Position numbers and translations under genes: made by a program. A DNA stretch of 64,000 nucleotides from Camelus dromedarius (taxonomy: Eukaryota), in contig NC_087436.1 of the NCBI RefSeq assembly GCF_036321535.1, positions 50,966,001 to 51,030,000 of the forward strand. The letters are read 5' to 3'. Positions within the stretch are counted from its first letter, which is position 1; each line of letters opens with the position of its first letter. Below are positions 1-14,211 of the stretch, piece by piece. The notes below the pieces were generated by a model, which searched no databases, was not told the DNA's origin, and saw only the letters and a list, made by a program, of their open reading frames with translations.

Positions 1-459
1 TCTGGCACATGACAGTACTCAACACATGGCCCGTTTGTTTTTCCCTAGTACTTTGGCTTCTCAGACTTTTCTTGCAAAAGGAAGCTTAAACTATTTCTTA
101 TACCAATAAACTTTTCCTTCTGAGGCCTTGTGATGTGATCTGAGGCTGATACTGCTCTGAATTCTACAAGGAATTAAATTTAGCATTAAGAAGATCTCTT
201 GTCATGGGAGTCAGCCCAAATCCAAAACAAACAGGTGAACTGGAGAGTGAAAACTAACATGACTGTCAGCATAAAGCCCAGGATTATCAGTCCAAACAGT
301 GCCTTTACGGCAATTAAACGTGACTTGCCAGAGAGCTCTTATTTACTGTGCCTTTCCACAGCAGCCCTGTGACTTAAAGAAGGTGGCATGGCTGCTCTAC
401 TGAGGCTGGGTCTGCATTCCGGATGACATTTTCCACCACTGACCACTGGGGTGTCTTAC

Positions 460-562
460 CTGCTGCTTTGAGGAGAGCTGCCAGCCTGGTAGACCCTCTC
501 CCAGCTGCTATGTGCAGCGGTGTGCTTCCATCATAGGTGGTGCTGTCTACGTGGGCATCACC
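460..562 (-). CDS. NFKB1: NFKB1 exon 19 (103 nt), ankyrin repeat
   Basis: tttcag|GGT...GCAG|gtaag; [34 protein letters not shown]. Confidence 0.97.
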
Positions 563-881
563 CTGAAATCCAGCCCAGACAGAAAAGGGTTAGTCCCAGG
601 TGCTCTCACCCTTTTGTCCCCACCTCCCCCCGTCTGCATGGGGTCATATTACCAGCCCAGTTGCTATTTTGGGCAGGCTCTGCCATTGAAGAAAGTCAGC
701 TAGAGATACCGGGCAAGGGATGCGGGGAAAGCCTGAGCTGCCACTCTGAAGCCTTGCTTAGATATGACACAGATAGAGCCGAGTGTCAGGAGACAGGCTG
801 TTCCTGACATCATTCTTTGAAAAGATTTTCCCAATTCGCCCTCGGGAATTTAATGCAAAGGCACATAAGTGCATCCCTCAC

Positions 882-1051
882 CTCCAGGAGCAGGCAGCCA
901 GCCAAGGAGATGTTGTCCTGCTCCACAGCCAGGTGCAGCGCCGTGCGCCCCGACTTCCGCTCCTGGGCGTTGACGTCCGCCCCGGCGGCCAGCAGCAGCA
1001 GCAGACATGGCAAGCTGTTGCTCATCATGGCTATGTGAATGGCGTTCAGAC
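882..1051 (-). CDS. NFKB1: NFKB1 exon 18 (170 nt), ankyrin repeats
   Basis: gcag|GT CTG...GAG|gtgag; [56 protein letters not shown]. Confidence 0.97.
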
Positions 1052-1545
1052 CTGCGGCCCAAGCACAAGGATGGTCACGGGGCAGGAAGGCTGCTCCAGG
1101 ATGGCCCTCTGAGAAGCTGAAGTAAATGACAAAACTGGACCACAGGGAAGGAAGGCTGTTGGGGATCACTGTGTCTGCGGCTGACAGTCTCCACTCCAGA
1201 CGTCTTCACAGGCACTGTACGTCAACTGTTCTGCGTGTGAACCCACACACTCCTGTTAACCTTCTCAGGAGACCCTGAGAACAACATTCTCCGAATAAAT
1301 GATGCCTTCTATGTGTCAAGACCGTGTCTGCTCAGGCCTCTGCTTTTTCCTCCTCCTAACTATTCCAAATCAACTTTAAAGGACTTAGCTACAGTGAGCA
1401 ACAGAGATTTCCACAAGGGATGATGAATTCCAGATGATTAAGGAAGGCACTTTGGGGTGCAAATCAAATAACACACATTTAGCAAATAGCTACTAACTGT
1501 TTAGAAAGCAGATAGAGGAGGTTCTACCACGATGTGGGGTTGTCA

Positions 1546-1869
<324 letters not shown>

Positions 1870-3239
1870 TTAACTTCTCACCTTTGCAAATGAACTACTC
1901 TCTGTTCCATATCACATGCTCATGAAGTACACATACTGGACTAACAGTCATTCAATTATCAAGATCATTTTTATATTTACAATTCTTAATAGCGTTCCTA
2001 TTTCTCACTACAGCCCACTAACTGCTGATATGTTAACTCATCTATTATAGTAAATTTAGTTTTCTTGAATTTCTAGTAGGAATCTACCTTCAGCTGATAA
2101 ATCCATATGCTAACAAAGCAAATTTACTAAAGAAGCTTCAATGAACTACCCAATAGAGACCAATTAACAAAGGTGCTGTCAGTCTACACTGACATGGAAA
2201 AAATCTGCTAAATTAAAAAATATCGTTTCCATGGACTGACTCCATGAGACCAGTCAAGAGAACCCTCCCACTCCCCTTTTATAAAAGGATTCTCAAAGTC
2301 GTAACCAGGACAAGAGAACCAGCTCACTAAGAGGGCTCAGATGGACAAACTTGCTTAGCTGCTGACACCTAACAGGTACATAAATAGTCCATGTGATTAC
2401 CCTGACCAAGAAGTAGTGCTCCAGCAAATGCAAATGAGATGTTTTGAAAACTGCGTGTTTTCAAAATGAGTAAGACAAACACAATCATGAAAGTATCTTT
2501 CAAAGAACTGAGGTCGTTGACAGAGGAAAGCAATATATTTTTATACAAATCAGTCTATTTCACAGGAGCCTGTGAAATCCAGCCTGTCTAGTGACAATTC
2601 ACCTAAACTTTCCTTCTCAGTAAGCAGTTGCCGGCTGTGGCAGTGACGACAGGTGGGCCACCAACATCTCGGCTGGTGCATGGCGTGTGAGAACAGGATG
2701 AAAGATGCTCGGGCCATCTACGTGTCATTACAGTGGTTATTTAATATAACAAGACAGGATTTTTTGGTTTCTTTTAATACCAAATTTCCACTCTTGCCCT
2801 TATTTCTTTCATCCTTTAGAATTATACCCTGGCTTGAAATGAATCATGTCCTTAGAACTTTAGATACTGTAGCCAAGTGCCTTCCTCTCAAAAAATAAGT
2901 AAATAAAAGCTATGTTCATTAATCAGATATGTTATTTGGGGAGATGGGAAAAAGAAAGAGTAAGATTGGAAAAAAGATCTGAAATCATACCAGAGATTAG
3001 CTATCTATAGTTTTCATATAATTTCTTTCATATCATACAAAATCTCACCATGAGTAAAAAAGTTTTCTTTTTTTTTAAAGTTTTTTCCCTTCTGGTCTCA
3101 CTGAAGGTTTTTTTATGCTATTTCAGACTAGAGCTTAAACCTCAGGGTTGTATCTTACTCAGTTACACAAGGAATCCAGGAACTTTTAATGCTATGCCTC
3201 TTGGCATGCTGTCTTAAGTGGACATTCTGCAGAGCCAAG

Positions 3240-3770
3240 TATACAAATGCCCCAGCAAACCAACTCCTGCCTACATATCTGAGTGGAACAAATCCACAAG
3301 GGCACATGGGTGAGACTCTTCACTGAAGTTCTGTCTGTGGAGCTAGGAAGCAAGACGCTGGTTAAATGTCTATTGTTGGGGAACAGGTACATAAAAAGTG
3401 GAAGATGTACACTATGGGATCCTCTTCAGGAGTAAAACAGTGAACTAGCTGTACACACAAGTGCATGGATAAATCCCACAAATAGCAAAGGCAGACACAA
3501 TGACATGTAGCACAAAGCTACTTACGCATTTTAAAAATACTTACAGGAAAAACTAGACAGACACGCACAACTGAGTGCACGTAAAACTGACGACCCCTAC
3601 CCTCTCAAGATCTGTGGATTGTATCAATGTCAGTTTCCTGGTTTTGATACTGGACCATAGTTATGCAACATGTTACCACTGGGGGAAACTGGGTGAAGGG
3701 TACATGCAAACCTCCTGGTACATTTTTTGGTAACCACCTATGAATCTAGAATTAAATTAAAAATTTAAGA
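3240..3770 (+). mobile_element. Old L1 3' fragments (L1MC/MD/ME-type)
   Basis: Motif tgtatcaatgtcagtttcctggttttgatact...ccactgggggaaactgggtgaagggtacatg is typical of old L1 3' UTRs. Confidence 0.7.
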
Positions 3771-6261
3771 AAAAGGTTTATACAGAGCAGGAGTATAATG
3801 TACATTGTGTGTGAGAATATATGAAAACATCTGTCTTATTTAAAGGATACATATTTATGTAGCCAATACCTAGGAAAATATTTATTATAAACGTAATAAT
3901 TATACTGGGGAGTAAAGCTGGGAAACTTGTATGCTGCCAGGGAGGGTAACCTTGATTCTCTAATGTATTATCCATATGTACCATTCTAAAAACCAGGAAT
4001 ATATATTTATAGTGGTTAAAAAGAAAAAAATTATATACACAAAACCCCATTGATGTTTAACAGGAACATACGCAAATAAACCAATTGATGTCAAACACAA
4101 TGTTGGGGGTGGGGTGGGGAGGAGAATAGGGTTTAAAGGGAATAGATTTCAGAAATATTTTCAGAAAAATCTTAACTCTATGCACTTGGATTATTTTGAG
4201 TGTGTCTTTCTCTAGAAGGTGGGTGGGGAGAGAGATCTGATCATGACAGATGGCCACAGAAATGTACTAAGATTAGTAAAAGGTATTTTGGGAGACTGTT
4301 TAAGACAATTGCCAAATAATCCAAAACTGTATAATTTCCCATAAGAATAGCTAACAGAGAAACTTAACAACATATAAATGAAAGTTTAAAATCTTAGTGG
4401 GTTTCTAGTTCTCAGATAAAAGTTGCCACTGGGTGTGTGCTTGAGACTGAGAAGGCAAACCAGGAGATCCAGATCCTTGCCCGTTAATGAGAACAGTGGT
4501 AGGTGAGGAAAATGCAGCTGTATTTGCATGAGAGTCCCCAGATCAGAAGGCACAGAAATGTCAAAGGTGGTGGTTTCAAGGTTTTTGTCTCCAGCACACT
4601 GGAGAGTCTCAATATATGTAACTGAATGATACAGTACGGAGTTCAGCACGTAATAAATCACAGCTACTGACCCTGGCGTGCAGTGTGCTTTGCAGGTCCT
4701 ATTTATAAACAGAAAAACAAGCAATTCCTTGAATCTGACCTACAGGCAGTGAGGGTAAGCAGTCTTCGAAAGGAGGATGGAGAAAGGGAAGATGTTCCAT
4801 TTCTAATCTTACTTGTACACTTGTGACAGTGAAAAGGCACAGTCGGTCCAGAAGCCTGAGAGAATCAAGCTTCAGGGGCCAAACGACTTTCCAAATACCA
4901 GCAACACCCAAAATGGTATGAAAATTTGAAGAAGCTATCCTTTAAATATAAATCTAAAATTAGACCTCATCCTAGTTATTTTATGAGTCAGCAAAGAATC
5001 CCCGACTTCATTTTTCCTTTGATCTTAAGCATGACAAGCCAAAGATGAAGCCTCATGCCTGACATCCCATGGGAAATCGTTGCTTTCCCTTATCAGGAAA
5101 ACACCTGTTCACAGATAAAAATCTGTTGAGATCTAGCTACACGTAAATGTAAACATTTTGGTACTTTTGCTTTGAGGAAATAAAAATGGTTCACGTCACT
5201 TAATTTAAAATTTGAGAACTGGAACAGGTACGGTTACTGTGTAAATAACTGTACATGATGGTTTTCCATATTTTTAGAGTAAGAGATATGCTTGAATTGG
5301 GCATCCAAGCATACCATTGAGAACCAGGAGGACTGGGAAATCACTTTGGGTCTTGTGAAGGGAATGAGAAAACAGGAAAGCAGCTGAGAAGGGGGCAAGG
5401 GCAGGAGACACTACAGAAGACTGATGGGGCTGAGGAAAGGCAGTAGGAAGGGAAAGTGCCCAAAGGAGGGAGGATAGAGCAGGGGAACCTACCTGCCTCC
5501 TGCCCCCCTGCGAGTGGCTGGCCCCGGTCTGCGGGCTCCCTACACCCAGCATGTAGACTTTGGTTTTGTCCAACAGTTTTAATTTCCCCTCCCCACCTGC
5601 AGTCTGCATGTGCCCAGTAGGCAGCCTCACTGAATCTCCAGTTAACCTCTCTCTCAAGTATCTGAGGACCTCTGTAATAGAAGTTCCTCAAGTAGCTTTG
5701 AGTCAACCTCATTTCTATGTAAACCTGACCTGGGCAAAACTCTTTGGTGATGCCTGTTTTCCTCATCTTGAGCTTTCTGTTTCTGAAAGACACTTTTTCC
5801 TTCTCAAGCAACCTTTTTACCTTTCTGCATTCTGATTTTAGCACCCTCATTTGATATGCATTTAACCTAGATGCTGCCAACACCTTTCAGCAGACTTCAA
5901 ACTTCTTGTAAATTACTGGCCTCTAATACTTTTTTTTCAATTTTATTTTTTCTTGACAGATGTGACATATTTACTCTAGGGTGACTGACTGCTGTGGTAG
6001 ATTTCTGAAGTTTAAAGTTTGCCTTCCACAGCAGGATGCTGAATTTCATTGTGGGGCGATCACTACTACACCCACAGATCAAAGGATCCTAATTCATAAA
6101 AAAACATTCCTATATAATGGGCTTTTGGGATATTACCTGCAAAGATATTTTGTTTTATTTTTGCTACTGTTAACATTATATGCTACTATTAATACACACA
6201 CACACATGCACGTACAAACCATGGATTTTTCTTCAGTTGTCCCCTTGATGTTTCTGCTTAC

Positions 6262-6376
6262 CTGATAGAGGTCATTTCTCATGTTGATAATCTCATCAGA
6301 AATCAAGCCAGATGTGACTTCTAGCAGATCTCTCACAAGCTGAGCATGAAGGTTGATGATTGCTAAGTGTAAGACA
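6262..6376 (-). CDS. NFKB1: NFKB1 exon 16 (115 nt), first ankyrin repeat
   Basis: ccag|T GTC...CAG|gtaag; [38 protein letters not shown]. Confidence 0.97.
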
Positions 6377-7379
6377 CTGGAATGAAAATATAGTGGCAAT
6401 AATCAACTAAAGTGTTACTGGAAGGAAGAAAAAGATTCCCAAGATAGGATGAGACTTGCAGACTGAGTCTGGCACTCGTACCTAGTTTTCCTTGGCCTCC
6501 AGGTGTGTTTTGTCTATGAGATGTCCTGAATCCGATGTGGGGATGCTCTGCTGCCTACCCATTTATAGTGCCTGCCTGGTCTCTGGGGGGCATTCAGGTC
6601 GGACCCTTTGAGGTGTAAAGGAACCTGGGCTTCAAGGCAGAGAGACCTAAGTTCAAATCCCAGCTCTGCCTTTGTGCTTTGGTTTCGGGGCATTTTCTCC
6701 TCTAACTTTTCCCTGACTTTCCCTGACACACAGATGAGGTATATAAGATGCCTGAACTAGGATCTGTTCAGAAACATGCAGTTACCTCACCTGGCCCTGC
6801 CGCCTTCTCCAAAATACAGTATGGTGGCTTTTTAAGATCTTCCTAGGTCCCAAGAGGGGAGAATGGAGTCAAGCTCTTAGCTATGGGGAGAAGACTCTTG
6901 ACAAACTTCTGAAGGAACAGTGGGATTGTATTTCTCCCCTAAATTATTCCCTCTGCCTGGAATGGTTTTGCTCCTCTTCTCTGCCTAGACAACGCCCTTC
7001 CATCCTTCATATTCCAGTCCAAACCTTCTATCCTTGGAGAAGACTTTCTCAACTTCCCAGGCAGAGCAGCTGTCTCCCCTCAAGTTTACTGCGGAGCGAG
7101 AACTGCAGTTTCCTATACCTCCTCCTCCCTCTGGGACCTTGCTGGATGCTGGCTCTCACTGGGTCAGCCTTCTAGCCCTGGCACACAGTTTAGGCACTAA
7201 AATAAGGCTGAAAGAACGACCCTAGGGCTTACACTAATGAGGCTGAAAATACTGGCAGATGCCAAGCATCACTCCTAGGAACAAATTTTTTTAATTCTTA
7301 AAAAAACTTGCTATTAAAATTAATTTGAAATGACTCAACAACAATAAATGTGGCTACTCTCTGTCTAGAGCTTCTGTTT

Positions 7380-7560
7380 ACCAAACTACACTAAGCACTG
7401 GATATACATTATCTTATTTATCATAAGAATGATCTTATGAGGTACGAAATATTATCTTCATTTTTCAGGTGATGAAACTGAGACTTATAGGTAAAACAGA
7501 ACTCAATCCAGGCCTCATATTAAGCCCAGGTCTGTCTTGCTCCAAAGCCATGTCTTAACC
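7380..7560 (-). mobile_element. MIR SINE
   Basis: attatcttcatttttcaggtgatgaaactgagac core. Confidence 0.65.
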
Positions 7561-8060
7561 CCTTAAGCCATCCTGCTTCAGGGGTTCATGTGTACTGCTC
7601 CGTGGAGTTTTAGATGAACATCTGGGAGGGTGACTCCTCCCAAGTCTGGCCAGATTACGACACAGAGCACACTCGAAAGTATCACATGGAGGCAGTACAT
7701 ATGGGCCTGGAGGCACAGGCTGGGTTTCCTCTGGACATATCAGATGTCGTTTTGTTCAGGCCACTGTCTTAGTCATGGCAAGTATGTATTACTTGGGATT
7801 AACACTGGCACAGGAGGGCCTGAAAGCCAAACTGTGACTTCATTCTTTGAGAGATATTTTTAAATGAATGATTTCAGGGTTTCAGTGCTGTCTTTTGAAA
7901 CGTAGGACTAGAAGAAGACTTCTGAAGTCTGATGCAGACATGATGCACATATACCAAGAAAAAGGTCGTACTCTAAAAACTGCCTAAAAATTTCCATGTG
8001 CAGCTCAGCATTTCATAGCAGAAGTACATCCCCCTCCCCCATAAGCTTTCACACCCTCAT

Positions 8061-8072
8061 GGGAATTTCCCC
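8061..8072. promoter_or_regulatory. Consensus NF-kB site GGGAATTTCCCC in intron 15
   Basis: Matches GGGRNWYYCC; function untested. Confidence 0.35.
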
Positions 8073-9659
8073 AGTACCAGAAGTTTTCATTATTTTTTTC
8101 TTTATTGTATTTTCTGTGATGACTAATGGCCACAGGATTCAGACTATTAGCCGAATAGGATAAGCTCAGTGAAAAGAAGAGGACTCAGCCGGGAGGGCCA
8201 AAAGCCATCCCTTGTCTCCAGTCTTACGAGGACCCTTCTTTGGTCTCCCCAAGTCCCACCCTGTGCGCCTGCTTGCGTGAGTACGTCTGGGGTCCTGGGA
8301 GGGGACTGTAAGGATTCATCTTCTGCTTGGGCAGGGAAGGCACCACCTCGGCCTTCCCGTATACACCAGGTCCTCACACACGTCTGTACCTTGCCCTCAA
8401 TGCACGGCTCCCGTATCCCTTTCCACAGTCCGCCCTTCAAGCACCAGCAGTCCCTTTCTAACTTGCATGTGACTCGTCTGTCTTAGACTCACCAGTTCAG
8501 CAGATCCCTAAAAATGTCACCTGAAATGCTACTGCGCTGTCTGGGTTAACTGCTTTCTCTTGTGGTTACGTGCTATTGAACGCTAACTGGATTATTTAAC
8601 CCTGTAAAAACATTCTGCTGCTCACGACATTACACAAAGAAGGCTGTACCGGTTCCTCTCATACTGTATAAGAAGGCCAGTGGTTACACCACATCCTTGG
8701 TTACGCTGCAAGGAATGAGAACAAAGGTCTCTGTTTGAAACCCCGAGGCTGGCACTTTCCTAAAGCGTTTGGTTCAGTGTTCAAACTGAGGTTTAAAACC
8801 CGGCACCCAGGAGCTCTTCCACAGAGAAGGATTTCTCATCGTTGACACTATCTTGGGAAGGTTTTTAGATAAGGCAACTTGAATTGGAGGGCTGCTGTCT
8901 CTCGTTATTTTTATAGGCTTTGAGATCATTTCAGAAGTCTCAATGAAAGGACTAGGAGAACTGTTTTAGAAAGAAGCCAGGTGGCTTTGCAGATGCAAGC
9001 TCAGTCGCAGCAGGCCTGGGAAGCATGGTGCTCGGAATGTCGGGCTCCCACGCAGCGTGGGTTAGAGCAGTCACCGGCGTCTGATCCAGCCTCAGACCGG
9101 TGACCGCTGACAGGGCCAGCCGAGGAGGAGTCAGTACCTGGGCAGGAGTGACGGCTGCCTCTCATCACTGTGCTGCTGTTGCTGTGCTGTGTCTGTGGGG
9201 CTGCTTCTTGAGAACGCTATCGTTACAAATACGCAGTTGGGGTAACAAGTGCTTTAGGGATTTGGCGAGGCCAAATGGTGTATGATTCCAATAAATAAAG
9301 CAAATATTATTAGCTCAATAAATAAATGTGTATTAAATATCCTTCTAAATCTCATTCCAACAAATAAAGCAAGGCTTTTAAAAAGTACCATTCCCTACAC
9401 ACGTCTTCGTTTTCCTGCCCAGAGCACTGGACTCTTAGAAGAGAACCCCAGCTATTTAGAGCCCAGTAGGTGAGAGCCACAGGACAGCAGAAGCAAATCA
9501 TGCCTCTCGACCTTACTGATACATTATTTCCCTTGAGAGAGTGTTTCAGTTGCAGGACCCAATAACTTTGATCAAGTTTTCTTGTCTCTAACTAGCACGC
9601 ATTTAATTCTTTTTGCCTTTTGCTACTTGAAAATGCTTGTTTGCGTAAGTCCCAACTCA

Positions 9660-9998
<339 letters not shown>

Positions 9999-10270
9999 TC
10001 AAAACCTGTCTACAGTTTGTTTGGGGAAAAGAAATTCAGAAATGTCTTATTTTAGGGGGGAACAATCAATGTTAATTGATTGCAAATCTGCAATCAATGT
10101 TAATTGGATGTTGCCGTAATTGTAAATAACCGAGCTCTTGGTGAAACAATCCTTTGCTGGAGTCCTGAACAACTTTCTTGTCCAGCAAAAAGTGTCAAAA
10201 AAACAGTCTCTGCCACAGATAGACTCTCCATGAGCCACTGGTGTTTTTGTAAAGTCTGCTTCCTGAAGGC

Positions 10271-10470
10271 CAGTGGGAGGCAAATTGTGGCTTACAGGCC
10301 AAATCCGGCGCGTGGCCTGTTTCTATACGGCCCCCTAGCTAAGCCCGGTTTGTACATTTTTAAAGGGGTGTTAGAAAAAAAGAACATGTGACAGAAACTA
10401 TATGTGGCCCCCAAGTCTACATAGTTACTATCTTTCCCTTTAAGAAAAAAGCCTTCCAAGCACGATCTAG
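10271..10470 (+). mobile_element. hAT-Charlie MITE (MER58-like)
   Basis: ggcaaa...ggccaaatccggc...cctgttt...tacatttttaaa...atgtggccc...tttaagaaaaaag pattern. Confidence 0.75.
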
Positions 10471-10988
10471 GGTGACCTAGACCACAATACATACTCTGAT
10501 GGGTACCGGTTCCAGACACGCACAAAAGTGCACTGTCCCTCCTAGTCCTAACTCTTCAAAGAAGGCATCACGATAAAAGGAAAAGTTCTGATTTTCAGGT
10601 GAAGTTCCACTTCAGTGTGATGGTCAAGCTACAGCCTAGAGTGGGAGACTGCTGACGTTATGAAAACTATTATCTGTGGTGGAAAGGAGTGAGATTCTCT
10701 CATGATACGCCAACACTGCATGATTGTAACTGGAGAAGCGCATGTGAATTTCTGTACTTTGTATTCAAAGATAACACTGGGAAAGTGGAAATCCCAGTGT
10801 GAATAAAATGACCTGGCACATGCTTTTCAAAAGGCATACGGGACTGAAAAGCACACTGAACCAGATACTGATTTATCATCTTTAGATCAACAGACAATAA
10901 ACCTCTCTTCTGGAAACAGGTTCCCCACCTAGCACCAACCCATCCACTCAGCAACCAGGCCAAGGCAGTACTCTGTGTGCTCACTCAC

Positions 10989-11174
10989 CCGGGGACCTGT
11001 AATTCTCCTCCATGACCCCCACTGCACACGTCAGATCAGCCTCATCGTCCCCACTGCAGGACTCCTTATCTTCTTCTGTGGTTTCTCTTACTTTCCCAGA
11101 GAGACGTACAGCTTCTCTGTCATCACTCTTGTCACACCCTTTAGGGTCATTTTTAGATTGGGTGTCTATGGTTC
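10989..11174 (-). CDS. NFKB1: NFKB1 exon 14 (186 nt), divergent linker after the p50 C-terminus
   Basis: ttag|GA ACC...CCG G|gtgag; GTIDTQSKNDPKGCDKSDDREAVRLSGKVRETTEEDKESCSGDDEADLTCAVGVMEENYRSP. Phase 1-1 keeps the frame. Absent from the ORF track. Confidence 0.93.
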
Positions 11175-11303
11175 CTAAGATAAAAACAAAAAAATCAGCT
11201 TTTTCCTCAGTAAAATCTATTAACTAAGCTATAATTCACTGTTTCCATGAAGGTCAGATAGACGTAGGAGGCACGTTTATTGCAAAGGGTAAAGAAAAGC
11301 AGC

Positions 11304-11400
11304 AATTTAAAATTCCTTTTGCAATGGTCGTAAGTAACATGTTTTGGAACTATTTTAAAGCCATTTCCAAAAAGCTTTTTTTTTTTTAATTGGGGTATAA
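11304..11400 (+). repeat. Copy A of a ~100-bp direct repeat (copy B at 12836-12940)
   Basis: The first 60 nt differ from copy B at only 3 positions. Confidence 0.9.
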
Positions 11401-11550
11401 CTGACATAAAACATTGTGTTACTTCCAGGTGTACAATATGACTCGGTATTTGTATACAGTACAACATGATCACCACAGTAAGTCTATCATTAACATCCAT
11501 CAGGATACATAGTTACAAATTCTTTTTTCTTATGATAAGAAGTTTAAAGT
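11376..11550 (-). mobile_element. Short L1 3' end (L1MA-type)
   Basis: polyT then aattggggtataactgacata...ggtgtacaatatga...gatcaccacagtaagtcta...acatagttac. Confidence 0.75.
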
Positions 11551-11829
11551 CTTAAAAACATTTTTTTTCACATTTCTAAAAAATGTACATCTCACTCTGT
11601 TTATTTGTAAAGGAGAAAAATGAAATAAAAGCTCTTCTGGGAATTGCAGGGAAGCAGACTTTTTAAAGTCCTGGAAAGCAGATTAGTTAGTTTTTCCCTA
11701 GTGCTCAAGTAAGCTGTACAGCTGTGATCTCAATTCCCGTTCTTCGGCAGGGGGCGGTCCAGTGCACCGCTGCTGCTCGGGCTCCTCCAGGCCCCATTGT
11801 GCTATCTGACAGCCCCTGTGAGAGCTCCG

Positions 11830-12030
11830 AGGCTTTCTGAGCAGACCTGGCTCAAATCCTGGTTCTGCCACTAACAGAGGTACCCTCTGTGTGTGCATGA
11901 TCATTTCTGAACCTTGGTGTGCTCTGTCTGTAAAATGGAGACACTAACACTTTCCTTAGAGAGGAATCCTGAAGATGACAGCTAAAACATGTAAAAGCCC
12001 CTGGCATAAAACAGGTGTTGAATACAGGAG
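11830..12030 (+). mobile_element. MIR SINE
   Basis: cagacctggctcaaatcctggttctgccacta...tctgtaaaatggag. Confidence 0.75.
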
Positions 12031-12525
12031 AAGACTTTCCTGTAGCATTTCTGCAATGCGTGAACACCAGACTGAACATGTAATATGAACTATGAACACA
12101 TGATATGACAACTGCTAATTAGGGGATATATTTGATGAGAAAAGATCATGCCTATAAAATAACTCCAAATGTCTTCAGAAGTGTAGTATTTGAGAAAGAG
12201 AATAGGCAAGTTCGGTGATTTTATGTTTGAACAGTCAAGTCTCTATACGTCCCTTTTTAATGTTCTTTTCTTTCCCCTGTTCATGCCACTTACAAAGTAA
12301 ATAAACATAAACATAGGATCAGGAATAGAATTTATACTCTCCAAAGGAAATAATAATTTTTTGGAAAAGAAGTGTTTTCTTAATTTATTTGCATTCACCA
12401 ATTTTTTTTTCAAGAGAATGTTTTAAGTAATGTGGTAAGTAATGATTTAAAAAAAACTTTTTGGTTTTAATTCATTTTAAAATAATTTTTTGTTCCTTTC
12501 TCAGTACTAAAAAAAAAAAGTGTTA

Positions 12526-12813
<288 letters not shown>

Positions 12814-12835
12814 TTACATACTAGGCTCGGGTAAT

Positions 12836-12940
12836 AATTTAAAATTCCTTTTGAAATGATCGTAAGTAACATGTTTTGGAGCTATTTTAAAGCCACTACC
12901 AAAAAACCTTTTTTTTTCCCCTTTTTTTAAATTGAGGTAA
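12836..12940 (+). repeat. Copy B of the ~100-bp direct repeat
   Basis: aatttaaaattccttttgaaatgatcgtaagtaacatgttttggagctattttaaagcca...polyT aattgaggta. Confidence 0.9.
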
Positions 12941-13159
12941 AAGGTAAGAGCTCAGACAGAGCCCAGGCTTGGGGCAGCGTGGAGGAGTTCCTGCTGGAGA
13001 AGGCCTCCTGCTCCCATGTGAGGGGAGAGGCTAACGGTGAGGAGTCACCACCCAGACTCAGACTTGCTGACACGGATGGCAGTAAAATAACCTCTGGAGA
13101 GAAATACTGAACTGAACAAAATACAGAAATACATACTCACTTCCCAACATAGCCACGCC

Positions 13160-13870
13160 CCCACTGTTCATTTTCATGCACTTTTAGTGGGAGCATAACC
13201 TGGTAAAACTCTTTGGGGAAGAAGTGGGTATTAGTTGCCATACTCTGACACAGTAGTTTCACTTCAGAGAATCTAATTTACAAAAATAATTTGTAAAAAA
13301 AGAAAGGCAATGTGGATAAGGGGGTTTACTACAACATTTTATATAAGAAAAAGGAGACAACATTCAAGTAAGTTATACTATGGTTTGTTCACCTAATGAA
13401 ATATTACGAGTCATTAAAATGATGCTTAAAAATGATGCTTATATAAAGTTTGTATTACCATGGGGAACTGCTGATGTTAACCCGTTAGGAAAAAGCAGCC
13501 TATATGACTCTCTGCACAATCAAGATGTGATGATAATACATAGGGCACACCAGTACGCGGGTTAAAATACTACGCACAGTGATATGGCTATGCTTGGGAA
13601 AATGGATAAATCTGTATTATAATGTATGTATAGACAAAAAATAGCAGTTAACCTCTGACGGCAGTATTTTATGTATTCTCAACTTTTCTACAACATAGCG
13701 TAAATATAATATGAAATCTTTTCAGTGTTGCCAAGGAATACCAAGACAGCTGTACCAAAAAAAAAAAAAAAAAAGAAAAAAAAAAGGGCAGGGAAGGGGG
13801 AATATACCAAAATGTTAACAGAAGTATTCTTTCGATAACTGGCTTTGGATAACTTTTTTTCTTCTTACAG
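13160..13870 (+). mobile_element. Degraded L1ME-type 3' fragments
   Basis: tagtgggagcataacctggtaaaactctttgg...tttcacttc...; ataccaaaatgttaaca. Confidence 0.5.
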
Positions 13871-14067
13871 TTTTTGATATTATCTATCCATGTATAATAA
13901 CATGAACATGCATTTCTTTGAAAAATTATATATTTGCTGGGAAATTCTAGTTAATGTATCATGTTCAATAATGTCACAATCACTCAACTCATAGAGAAAT
14001 CTAGGAAAAGAAACGTCTACCCTGACAGATGTGAAAAAGCTGTAGTAAGAACAGACTTGATTCGCAC

Positions 14068-14211
14068 CTGGACCCGCACTTCCAGCACCCCCTCCTCCAC
14101 CGCCGCTGCCAAACATGCCTCCGCCTCCAGCTCCAGCACCACTGCCACCGCCGAAACTGTCCGAGAAATTGGGCATGAGCTTCTGCCGTTTCCTCTGCAC
14201 TTCCTCTTTAT
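14068..14211 (-). CDS. NFKB1: NFKB1 exon 12 (144 nt), NLS (RKRQK) and glycine-rich region
   Basis: ccag|AT AAA...CCA G|gtgcga; [48 protein letters not shown]. Confidence 0.96.

Noticed and set aside
5341..5883. 180-aa minus-strand ORF in intron 16, the longest in the track
   Set aside because: Non-ATG start, no recognisable domain and low-complexity composition. The NFKB1 frame is complete without it.
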